Source: Takakia lepidozioides (lineage: Eukaryota; Plantae; Bryophyta). From it: a stretch of 64,000 nucleotides of DNA. Positions 13,020 to 24,500 of this stretch are shown here, one piece after another (within the stretch, counting starts at the first letter, position 1; each line of letters begins with the position of its first letter). The notes beneath the pieces are model-generated. The model was not told the DNA's origin. It was given only the letters and a program-made list of their open reading frames with translations, and did not search any database. A program made the translations under genes and the position numbers. The stretch lies in contig CM060733.1 in the NCBI GenBank assembly GCA_030704615.1, positions 11,594,001-11,658,000 on the forward strand, given 5' to 3'.

Positions 13020-14044
13020 GGGAATTCCAAAAAGGCCTTGATGTGAAATGCATCGCAATTCACTTGATCACCCCCCTAAAAGTGCGCAATTCAATTGAAT
13101 TGCGACTACAATTCAATTGAATTGTAATCTATAATTTTTAACTTATTTTTGTATATAATATATAATATATATGTACATGTATATATTCAAATTATATTTA
13201 TACACATATAAGAGTATAAGCTAAAAATATATGTCTATTCTTGCTGGCCCTCTTTCTTGTGCCCTTGAGGAAATTGTGGAGTTGTGAAACCACCCTCAAC
13301 CTCGGCGAGAAAGGGAGAGCCAGAGACGGAGACAGATCAGCATCTTCATGTGATTCACTGGCAAAAGAAACATGGTTGGCTCCGAAAAAAACAGACAAAA
13401 TCAAACCTGACAATTGATGAAAGGCTTCCCCTGCATCACCATGTAGTCCCCTAACACTAGTATCTGGCCCAGGACAAAGAAAACAAAAAATATGTTCATC
13501 TTGAGAATTATCAAAAATTACGATACCCTTAGAAAGGTATCATGTTGAAGTTGGGATGTGTGTTCTATATAAGTTTAATATTTCAAACTCTTACACGTTG
13601 ATACTCTTACATTGGTATCATGTTTGGTATATGTACATAGCCATATATTGGCACCAACATCCACAAAGAGAGACAATCCCGCTTTTACAAGCACTTCATG
13701 ACTTCCCCTCTCTCTCTCTCCCTCTGTCGCTCTCCCTTAGGCTTATCTTGGGCTCAAGCCTTACCACGGGCAAAGGATTGATAGACGGACAGCAAGAATA
13801 GACGGGCAACATGTATTTTTAGCTTATACATGTGTATGTATATATGTATAATTTAAATATATACATATATATATATATTATATACAGAAATAAGTTAAAA
13901 AATTATAGATTACAATTCAATTCAATTGTAGTCAGCAATTCAATTGAATTGCCAATTAGGGCTAGTTCAATTGAATTGCGCACTTTTAGGGGGTGATCAA
14001 GTGAATTGCGATGCATTTCACATCAAGGCCTTTTTGGAATTCCC
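13020..14044. mobile_element. Non-autonomous Mutator-like (MULE) foldback element with long TIRs
   Basis: Ends GGGAATTCCAAAAAGGCCTTGATGTGAAATGCATCGC.../...GCGATGCATTTCACATCAAGGCCTTTTTGGAATTCCC. Inverted similarity extends at least 240 bp. Flanks are tacacgccta / tacacgcta (~9-bp TSD). The empty site is visible in the paralog at ~22367-22375. Confidence 0.8.
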
Positions 14045-17031
14045 TACACGCTATAGCTCGCCAAAATGAACCAATAAGTATCATGTCCAATATCAGAGCA
14101 CAAACCCACTTGGGTACAAACAATGCAAGACACTCAAACGAGTAGATCACTTAGCCCAAAAACCACCTGAGTGTCTGTGTAGGAAGGGTCTGAGAATATG
14201 TGAACCTGAGGCTGTCGTCACGTGCTGTACCATTCTTCTTACACAGTGGCTGCCTCATGCGATATGTGATTTCCATCATCTATCCAATGGACTCTATAGC
14301 AAAACTTACACATACAGCTTAGAAATCCATGAAAATTGAAGGACCCTCACCTGCACCTGTCCCAAAAACCACCACATCCAACAGAATGCATGTTAGTGAT
14401 GATGCGCGAGGTGAGTAGCAGGTCTTCACGCTTGCTAACGCTGTCCAACACGCATTGCGATAGCAGAAGAATTTTGAGGCAGACCAGTCTGCGACGCAGC
14501 ACATAACGTGACAAGAAGTAATTGCAAAGCACAGGTAAGGGCTAAGTGTAACTTCATGTTTGTGTCAACAACTGAGCCAAAGCTTCCCTGTAACTACAAA
14601 GGAAGCTCGACCAGCATAATGAAGGCTAGGCTGCGACATAGGAAAAAAATCACTTTATCCCACATGAAATATTCTACCCAAGATTAGAGAGAGGAGAGTG
14701 AGAGAGAGAGGGGGGGGTGCGAGTGTGGCAGAGGGGTTGTGTAATCTCAGTTCAAATATGGGAAAATTGATTTTACTTGCCATAACTACTGCGCTTGATT
14801 TTGGAAAGTTCAGTGTTCACGTTCTGTGAGTATTGTTGGGGAGCATGTCTACAGGCTGGAGTGGAACATGGTTGTAAAAAGTCCATGTGTAAAATCTGTT
14901 TCTTGCATTGTGTACAGTTATATATCAGTCGTTTATACTGCAATATTATCCTTTACAATTGAATGACAGATAGTTTATCGTCTTTACTGTGTGCTTTTGT
15001 TGGATGGTTCACAAATGTCAGCATTGAGTCGCTCTACATCAGTACTGTTACTACATAGATATAGTTTTCTCCTAGCTTGTTTCATATTGCTTAGTCACTG
15101 TCGCACTAAACTGCTTAGTTGGAGAGAAGACAAGTGGAATACAAGATGGTTGGGCTGTTGCTTGCAGGTAGCCACAAAGTACCCAGCCAATGCTCTGAAG
15201 CATCGACCGTCTCTGTCCATGTACATTACCAACAACAAGGTATCTCCAGTAGGCAGAACCTGATTACAGACCTTCCAATACTGTATGGGATTTCTTTTCT
15301 TTTCTTTGGAGAACAAAGCTGTAAGTCTCTTCACTGTAGGCCCGCTAAAATCCTTTGCTTTGGGCTGTCATTTTTGTCAACTTCGGCATATTTCTAATTG
15401 GCAAATCCTGTATGGCTAGAACTAAAGCTATTTCGGAGTTGTTAGCTCTAATATTTGGATATCTGTGATACAGATAAAAACCATCCCTCAGTTGGAAGCT
15501 GCTTTTGGCTATCTAGCTACTATTGGGTTTGACTCATATGATCTCACTGAATTTGAGAAGAAATGTGGTGTCGGTATGTGGTCTTGACTTTTTCCTAAAG
15601 TGTGAGAAGTGGGGAGGAAGAGACTTTGTAATGTCATGCGGGGTCACCAAGTCTCTGCCAATGAATAACTGCTCGTTTCTGTAACACGGCTGTATCAACC
15701 ACTCTTCAGGAGATTTGTGATGCCTTCAAGGCTTGTTATGAGAGTCACCAAGGCCATGTTTGCAGTTCTACTTTGTTACTACCTGGCAGTGTAGAACTGC
15801 TTCTAAGTTGGTCTTTTCCAGTCTTTTAGGTCTTTACTCTTAGCACTTGGGCCATCCTGAGCTTTCTGGACCCAATAATTCAATAGTTATTATCTAGTAA
15901 ACCCAATCTAGAATCCTCAAGTTGACAATTTGTGTCCTAGAATTTTACAAATAATGCTACTAAGCAACAAGTGGTTTGTGCTGAAGACAGGTGTGGAGGT
16001 GTCCCCAGCAGATATCAAGGCAGCTGTCAGGGATGTTGTCACTAGTAATCGGGATCTTCTACTGGCTGAACGTTACTGTATCAATAGTAAGCCCTCACCC
16101 TCACGAATGGGGTGTAAGCTGCCTCTCCTTGCCCCCTTTGCCTGACTTCTCCCATTATGATTATCTATCACATTCTAGCTCAATAGTGTATGCCTAAGGG
16201 GGCTCTTTGTCCGTTGTCCTGGTTGTAGTTGGTATCCTGCTCGCCCAGGTGCGTATGCTGCTGCCATGGGCAAATGGGAAGCTTTCAAAGACTTCTGTCA
16301 TTCTTTGTTTATATGTCTTGCTTGCGTTTTAGTTGCACATAGCTCTATAGATTAAGGCTAAGGCAAGCCCAGTTCTAGGATGATGAGAATATCTCTCTCC
16401 TAACAGGTGACTTACAGTTCAAAGGATGGGTTTACATGAAGAATTGGAAAACCAGATAAAGGATTTATTGGGGGAGAAGACAGCTGCATTATGAAAAGCT
16501 TGTGAAGAAGAAAAAAGAGAAGAAAACGAAAGTTGAGGTGCTTTCTCCTTCCCTCTCTATGTTTTTAGTTTACTCTTTAGATAGAAAGAAGTTGAGATGA
16601 TTGGTTGTCATACCTATAGGTTCACTGTTAATTTGCCCTATGTGATGCAGCTTAAGTAAGTTTTAAGAGCTCTTCATGTGTTTTTGTCCCAGAATGAGGG
16701 CAACAGCTGTCAGTGTCATCTCAGCTTCTTGAATGAAGCATTTTGATGCTTTTCTAAAGAGGGCATCTCATCCAGAACAATCACAATGAAAAGTTATTCA
16801 GTGTCCTCACAATAATACCCACAAGTGGAGATGGGTGTCATGGATATTGGCTCCATCATTCCAACCGTGTTATCCTACTCTACAGGTAGCAGCAACCTAA
16901 TTCTTAGTTTGAATCCAGCTTGGTTTCCTACCGAAAAAATAAATAAATAAATGTCTTTTCTGAAAATATACCTCTCTCTCCTTACCAGGTGATCGGATTC
17001 CCATCTGATCGTTCTATGTTAGCCATCATAG

Positions 17032-17192
17032 TGGCTCTGATACCATGTTAGAATCTAATCATTCTATAGACTAAGTGTGTAAGCATATAATCGAGAGAGA
17101 GAGAGTTGAGACAGAATAAAAGCGTTATATTGAAGTATATGAATGAACCTTATATATCTACAACATTGTCTCTTGTTACTATCCCACTAACA
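17032..17192 (-). mobile_element. Short LTR (147 bp) plus tRNA-iMet primer binding site; Copia/TRIM remnant
   Basis: 17046-17192 has termini TGTTAG...CTAACA. Immediately adjacent on the minus strand is TGGTATCAGAGCCA (PBS). Absent from the paralogous GlnRS intron. Confidence 0.75.
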
Positions 17193-18339
17193 GTGTGTGG
17201 CTTGCTTGTTCACTTTCGTGTTAGCATGTGCTCCATGGCCTTGAACCTTGGCCTCACTGTCCCAAACGTGATGTAGCACATGCTTGGTTTGGATGGAAGA
17301 CAACAAAGGAGGGGACATGATGACAATACTAGGGCTTAAAGGCCATCACTACCAGTGAGAAAGAGAGGCTATACATGTGGCCAAGATCATGATATTATTA
17401 ATTATTCCACAGTGCAATTTAGGCTATGATTTTGTCAGACAAGCAATGAGTTTGGCTGGTTAAGTTTGATACTATCTTGTGGTAATTTCAAGAAGTGAAT
17501 TTTGGGGTAGGCTTTGACCAGGCACCTTCATCTGCACCTGTTCCAGAGGAGAGCAATCCTTATGCCATATTTCCCAAGCCACAAGACAACCTTTTGGTAA
17601 GGTATTTGTCCTGAAAATGAATGTAATGATCAAATTCATTTAGCTATTGGAGAGTTTTGGTTCGTGAAGTGAAACAAAAGTGATTTTCTCACATCCCAAT
17701 GTTCTATGATCTGTTTTACCTCTGTCCAACTTCCGTGGAAGGCTCTCATTGTTCTAGTGTTATTTGAATAGGTACACACTGAAATTTTCTTCAGTGATGA
17801 CACCATTTGGAGACCACATAACTCACGTGAAAAGCTAGACAAGAACCTGGAGGAAACTGGCGGCAGGGTCCTCACCGGGTTCCCTCCAGAGCCCAATGGC
17901 TACTTGCATATCGGTCATGGGAGTTTTATGATTTTTTAACCTCGGTCATAGGAGTTATATGTTTTTAGAATGGAATAAAACCATAAGCGGATATAGAGGA
18001 CTAGTGCATTTATACGATACATCTGCACCAATCCAATGAGGCGAAACCTTCAGTAGTGTAGCCAAAAATCCTAACCTATAGTGGTGGCGACGAGTTTCGC
18101 ATTGAGAAATACTTGGTGATATGGACACAAACCTAAGCAGCGGTGGGTTTCGCATTGAGGAAAGAGAACCTTAAAAGAAAAAATATCGCAACAATTTCAT
18201 GCAACGAAAGCAAAATGGTTGCAGTTGATACAAAATACAATTCTAATGTTATTGAAATATAAATAGAACTCGAAAAATGTATTTGTTCCCTTGTCCGAAA
18301 ACCAAACACACAGTAAGCAGGAAATATAGCGATATTCAT

Positions 18340-19815
18340 TGAAATGATTCTCAACACGAAACTCTTATCCGACTGTGGTTATATACAAAAACCTGCATAC
18401 TTTTGAAACAATATGGAGAGATACGAACTGAAGGATTTGAACTCATTTGCTATAAAAAAACAGTTTCTCAACACGCAACTCTTGTCTGACAGCGTTATGG
18501 TCTAAAAATCTGCATGCTTTAGAACCAATATGGATGGATATGAACTAAGGGATATGAACTGCTAGTTCGGCGTAACAAAAGAGTTTATAAACAAAACTCT
18601 TCTGTAACAGTGTTTTTGTTCAAAAACCTGCATGCATTTGAAACAATAAGGAGGGATACTAACTGAGGGATTTGAACTCTTTCGCCTTGACAAAAGAGTT
18701 TCTCAACACGAAACTCTCGTCTAACATTGTTTTGGTTCAAAAACATGCACAAAAAACTGCATGCTTTTGAACCTATATGGAGGGATATGAACTAAGGGAT
18801 GTGAACTTATTCGTCTGCACACGAGTTTCTCAACACGAAACTTTTTCTCTGAAAGTGTTTTTGTTCAAAAACCTGCATGCTTTTGAACCAATATGGAGGG
18901 ATATGGACTGAGGGATTTGAATTGCTTCGCCATAACAAAAAGTTTTTCAACACGAAACTCTAGTCTGACAGCGATTGTGTTGAAGAAAACTACATCATTT
19001 TGAACAAATATGGAGGGATATTAACTGAGGGATTTGAATTCTTTGCCGTAACAAAAGAGTTTTTCAACACGAAATCTAGGGTGACAGTGTTTTTGTTAAA
19101 AAAACCTGCATGGACTGAGGGATTTGAATTGCTTCGCCATAACAAAAGAGTTTCTCAACACGAAACTCTTCTCTGACAATGTTTTTGTTCAAAAACTTGC
19201 ATGGTTTTGAACCAATATGGAAGGAGATAAACTGAGGGATTTGGATTGCTTCGCCATAACAAAAGAGTTTCTCAACACAAAACTCTTCTCTGACAGTGTT
19301 TATGTTAAAAAACCTGTATGCTTTTGAACCAATATGGAGGCACATAGACTAAGGGATTTGAATTGCTTCGCCATAACAAAAGAATTTCTCAACACGAAAC
19401 TCTAGTCTGACAGTGATTGTGTTGAAAAAAACTGCATCATTTTAAACAAATATGGAAGAATATGAACTGAGGGATTTGAACTCTTTGTCGTGACAAAAGA
19501 GTTCCTCAACACAAAACTCTAGGGTAAGTGATTTTGTTCAAAAACCTCCATGCTTTTGAAACAATATGGAGGGATATGAACTAAGGGATTTGAAGTCCTT
19601 TGCCGTAGCACAAGAGTTTCTTAACACGAAACTCTTGTCTGAAAGGGGTTTTGATATAAAATCTGCATCATTTCCTCAATACGAAACTCTTGTCTGAAAG
19701 TGTTTTTGGAGGGATATAAACTGCTTGGCCGTAACAAAAGAGTATATCAACATGAAACTCTTGTCTGAGAGTGTATTTGTTCAAAAACTAGGATGCTTTT
19801 GAGACAATATGGAGC
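18340..19815. repeat. Tandem array of ~12-13 copies of a 117-bp unit
   Basis: The anchor aactgagggatttgaa recurs at ~18426, 18543, 18661, 18790, 18906, 19023, 19113, 19230, 19347, 19465, 19579. Consensus: gagtttctcaacacgaaactcttgtctgacagtgtttttgttcaaaaacctgcatgcttttgaaccaatatggagggatatgaactgagggatttgaattgcttcgccataacaaaa. Confidence 0.92.
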
Positions 19816-20374
19816 ATGTGCGATTTTATCTAGGCATTTCAAGAATATTTTTCATATTTTTTCATGTTTGTGAGCATCCTAACTGCATGCTACCCAACCA
19901 CTCTTCAGGGATCAGAGTTTCGCATTGCAATGCATATCTCAATGTGTAAATTGTACTAGTTGTTAGGGGAGAGAGTTTCGCTTTGCAAAAATAGACATGT
20001 GTAGGGCCTTTACAAGTGATATATTCATCATTTCAGCTATAGTGTGATTTCTTCTCAGGCTGGTTGGTACAGAGTTTCGCCGTGCGAAATTATCCATAGG
20101 TGATGATCTTAAATTTAAGGTTTGGCCTCACCGCCCACTTTCATGCCTCTTATCATAAAGGGCTTAGTATCATGTGAGCACAACGTGAGAAAAAACCACG
20201 CTTATGGGGTAACATGTTCATCAGGTACAGGGGCTACTTGTTCTTTATGTGTTAGTTTCGCAAAATTGTTAGTTTCGCCAATTCCGTTTCGCAATGGAAA
20301 TTTTGCGGTAATTCGGGGAATATGCCATTGTGCTCACGTGAGCATGCTCACGCGCTACCTAACCTCAACATAAT

Positions 20375-20577
20375 AACCGGATGCATACTCGGATCTTGTG
20401 TTTGTCATGTTGGTAATATGCGGAATCAGCGGACATCTAAAACCAAAAGTTTTAATACCCGGAATTGATGGATATTAAAAAAAATTAATATCCGCCCAAC
20501 ACTGGTCTCAATGCTGCGAGACCCTGCAGATTACCCGCGCCGGGTTATATGACAACATATTTGCCCGCCCAACACTG
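20375..20577. mobile_element. Two stacked hAT-type terminal remnants (CCAACACTG ends)
   Basis: gcccaacactg at ~20495-20503 and ~20569-20577 with ccgg/cgga subterminal motifs; same TIR family as 42232-42699. Confidence 0.55.
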
Positions 20578-21598
20578 GTATGGAATATAGGTGTGGGTCC
20601 AGCATAATATAACGGCTTCTCGCCGTCGTCTACTTAAAGTAGGGGATGAGTCCTGACAGAATTTAATGGTAAAGCTGTAACCAGGGCTAGGAGAATATGG
20701 GGCATCACAGACTTGCACCAACTTCTTTACGTTCTAGAGCTCGGCAAAGTTGGCATGGACAAGCTGATTGGCAGGGTTCTAATAACAACAGCACGCCACA
20801 ACCAAATTTCATTCCAATCAATTTATGCTCTCGTTTTAACGTGTTAACCATGTGTCTTCTAATCCTATACTCCATCGCAGTGCATTCCCCCAAAGGGATA
20901 GTAGGAAGTAGTCGAAAGTGCCTCTTAGTTATGTCGGCTACAACGCTACAATGACTACAATCCCAAGGGAAGACAACGGTTTTCTCTACATCCGTGCTTC
21001 ATTTCTTCAACATATGTGAGAGTACCCAATGTGGGCTTGCCAAGGATCTGAAACCTATGACAATCTAGATGTGAAAGTCTTGTGGGGGAGTATAATATCT
21101 CAAACTTGAGATTGGCTAGTTATAATTTCTAGTTATATGTAATTTTCCAAACATTGACACGTTACTTTGTAGAGGGGGAAAAAAAGGGGATGGCATCGAG
21201 TCCGCTGGTCGTGACTGTGGATCAATAACATTTTGCAAATTACAACCCACAATTGTTTTTCTTTTTTTGAGCTACGGGTTTCTTGAGTTGGTTGGATGAG
21301 GTTGTCATAATATTCATCCTAGTGGATGAACTTAGGTTTGGAGGGAATCCTGTAAAACCCAGAGAGAGAGGACGGCCCTAGTATTGGGGGTGGATCAGTT
21401 GCCAGGTGCTGTACCTTCAATTCCGTGATTGTGAAGATTTTCTTGAAAGAACAGCTTCATCATTCTGTTGAAAGAACAGTGGACTCGTGCATTTCAATTC
21501 GCAGCGCACAATTTCACCTTGTCCCGGAGTTGTGGACGTGACTCTGTTCATATGCTCTCTTGGCCTCTTTTCTGTAGTTTATCTTAGAAGGTGCAAAC

Positions 21599-24500
21599 AT
21601 GCCGGCTGATAAAGAGGGCAAGGAGGTGCGGGATAAGGCGGCGCTTGAGCTGTTCAAGAAGCTTGGATTGGATACCAAGACTGCGGAAAATGCTGTGGCA
21701 AATGCCAAAGTGACAACTAATTTAAAAGATGTTGCTCATGAGGTTTTTTGCTCTCTATCTCCCTGTCTTTGAGATGCTGGAAGGAAGAACATGCTTCATT
21801 TTATGGTGTCCGTGAACAAGCAGGCAACCCGTTGGAACCGCTGCGAGTGCCTCGCAGTTTGGATCTAGTGTGAAAAATCTATGGGTTATACTGAGCACAA
21901 TTCTAGGGTCTGTCATCTTGTTCCCTCTCCCCCTTCCTTGCCAACGGCAAGTTTTGGGAAGAGAACTTGCAGGAAACTTGATCATATACTCAGAGCTTGG
22001 ACAGCTTAGGTTCTCGAAATGAAGTCATGATAACTATACCTCATAGTGATTTATAGTGACTATGCACTATATCACTAACCTAGAAGATTGGAAAATTCTC
22101 AAAGTATAGGATCCCTGGATAGCGGCAACTTACTGTTATTCTTTTCTGAAGTCCTCGCATTGGTAGTGGCATCATAACACTGGTTGCTCACTGCAAGTGA
22201 TCAGTCTTCTCATATCTGCAAAACAACTCCATATCCAGCTGTAATTTCAGAACATAACTAAAAAATTCATTGAAGAAGAGTGGCCTCACCTGCACCTGTC
22301 CCAGAAAACACTACAATCATATGATGTGGGTTAGTGAGGATGTTTGAGGTGAATGGCAGGCCCTCTTACATGCTATAGCTTTCCTAAATGAACCAATAAG
22401 TATCATGTCCAATATCAGAGCACAAAGCCCACTTGGGTAGAAACAATGCAAGGGAGTCAAAGGAGTAGATCACTTTGCCCAAAAACCACCTGAGTGTCTG
22501 TGTAGGAAGGGTCTGAGAATATGTGACAGTAGCCATTGTTCGGCTATTTCTCCCTGTGCAAAGCAGTAGCTCACTTGCCAGCATTGACCATTGAGGGTAA
22601 AGCAAGCCTGTTTGGAAAGTGGTGGCTGTATGTCCTAGCCGTCTTTTACAGATGGTATACGGTAGCAAATAGTGGAAGACACAAAGCCCTATTTCCACTT
22701 TGGCCTAAGAAGGATAGACTATCGAAATTCTCTTAAGAGAAATACAAGTAAAAGACATGTGCTGCTTTCAAATGTATGAGAGAGAGAGAGAGAGTGTGTG
22801 TGTGTGTGTGTGGCAGAGGGGTTGTGTGTAATCTCAGTTCAATATGGGAAAATTAATTTCACTTGCCATAAGTACTGCGCTTGATTTTGGAAAGTTTCCT
22901 GTGTTCACGTTCTGCGAGTGTTGTTGGGGAGCATGTCCACAGGCTGGAGTGGAACATGGTTGTGGAAAGTCCATAGGCAACCTGCTCTACACAGTAAGAG
23001 TTTTTCTTTAATACCTGTTTCTTGCATTGTGTACAGTTGTGCATTGGTCGTTTATACCTCAATGCTGTCCTTTCCTTAAATGACAGATAGTTTATCGTCT
23101 TTACTGTGTGTTTTTGCTGGATGGTTCACGAAATGTCAGCATTGAGTCGCTCTACATCAGCACTGTTACTACATAGATATAGTTTTCTCCTAGCCTGTTT
23201 CATATTGCTTTGTCCCTGTCCCACCAAACTGCTTAGTTGGAGAGAAGACAAGTGGAGTACGAGATGGCTGGGCTGTTGCTTGCAGGTAGCCACAAAGTAT
23301 CCAGCCAATGCTCTGAAGCATCGACCGTCTCTGTCCATGTACATTACCAACAACAAGGTATCTCCAGTAGGCAGAACTTGATTACAGACCTTCCAATATT
23401 GGATGGGATTGAATTTCTTTTTCTTGGAGAACAAAGCTGTAAGTTTTGTCAACTTGGGCTTATTTCTCATTGGCAAATCCTGTATGACTGGAACTAAAGC
23501 CATTTCAGAGTTGTCAGCTCTAATATTTGGATATCTGTGATACAGATAAAAACCATCCCTCAGTTGGAAGCTGCTTTTGGCTATCTAGCTACTATTGGGC
23601 CTGACTCGTTTGATGTCACTGAATTTGAGAAGAAATGTGGTGTCGGTATGTAGTCTTAACTTTTTCCTAAAGTGTGGGAAGTGGGGAGGAAGAGACTTTG
23701 TAATGTCATGCGGGGTCACCAAGTCTCTGCCAATGAATAACTGCTCGTTTCTGTAAAGCGGGTGTATCAGCCACTCTTCAGGAGATTTGTGATGCCTTCA
23801 AGGCTTGTTATGAGAGTCACCAAGGCCATGTTTGCAGTTCTACTTTGTTACTACCTGGCAGTGTAGAACTGCTTCTAAGTTGGTCTTTTCCAGTCTTTTA
23901 GGTTTTTAGTCTTAGCACTTGGGCCATCCTGAGCTTTCTGGACCCAATAATTCAATAACTATTATCTAGTACACACAATCTAGAATCCTCAAGTTGACAA
24001 TTTGTGTCCTAGAATTTTACAAATAATGCTACTAAGCAACAAGTGGTTTGTGCTGAAGACAGGTGTGGAGGTGTCCCCAGCAGATATCAAGGCAGCTGTC
24101 AGGGATGTTGTCACTAGTAATCGGGATCTCCTACTGGCTGAACGTTACCATATCAATAGTAAGCACTCACCCTCACGAATGGGGTGTAAGCTGCCTCTCC
24201 TTGCCCCCCTTGCCTGACTTCTCCATTACGATTATCTATCACATTCTAGCTCAATAGTGCATGCCTAAGGGGGCTCTTTGTGTGTTGTCCTGGTTGTAGT
24301 TGGTATCCTGCTCGCCCAGGTGCGTATGCTGCTGCCATGGGCAGATGGGAAGCTTTCAAAGGTAGTTCATTCTCTCCTACTTCTGTCATTCTTTGTTTAT
24401 ATGTCTTGCTTGCGTTTCAGTTGCACATGGCTCTATAGATTAAGGCTAAGGCAAGCACAGTTTTAGGATGAAGAGAATATCTCTCTCCTAACAGGTGATT

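Larger units (their letters stand above)
12816..17919 (+). pseudogene. Partial tandem duplicate of glutaminyl-tRNA synthetase (intron 1 to HIGH motif)
   Basis: Collinear and highly similar to about 22171-25801. It lacks exon 1. The exon-2 3' end and donor are deleted (~14886), the donor after ANGKLSK is deleted (~16290), and there is a frameshift/stop (GCT GCA TTA TGA, ~16490). It ends right after [10 protein letters not shown] and carries insertions absent from the intact copy. Confidence 0.9.

Noticed and set aside
19076-19345. 39-aa repeat protein ORF
   Set aside because: A by-product of the 117-bp unit; neighbouring units have indels and stops.
18340-19815. CRISPR-like or guide-RNA array
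   Set aside because: Whole units are homologous, with point mutations only and no unique spacers. The context is eukaryotic and no cas or nuclease gene is nearby.
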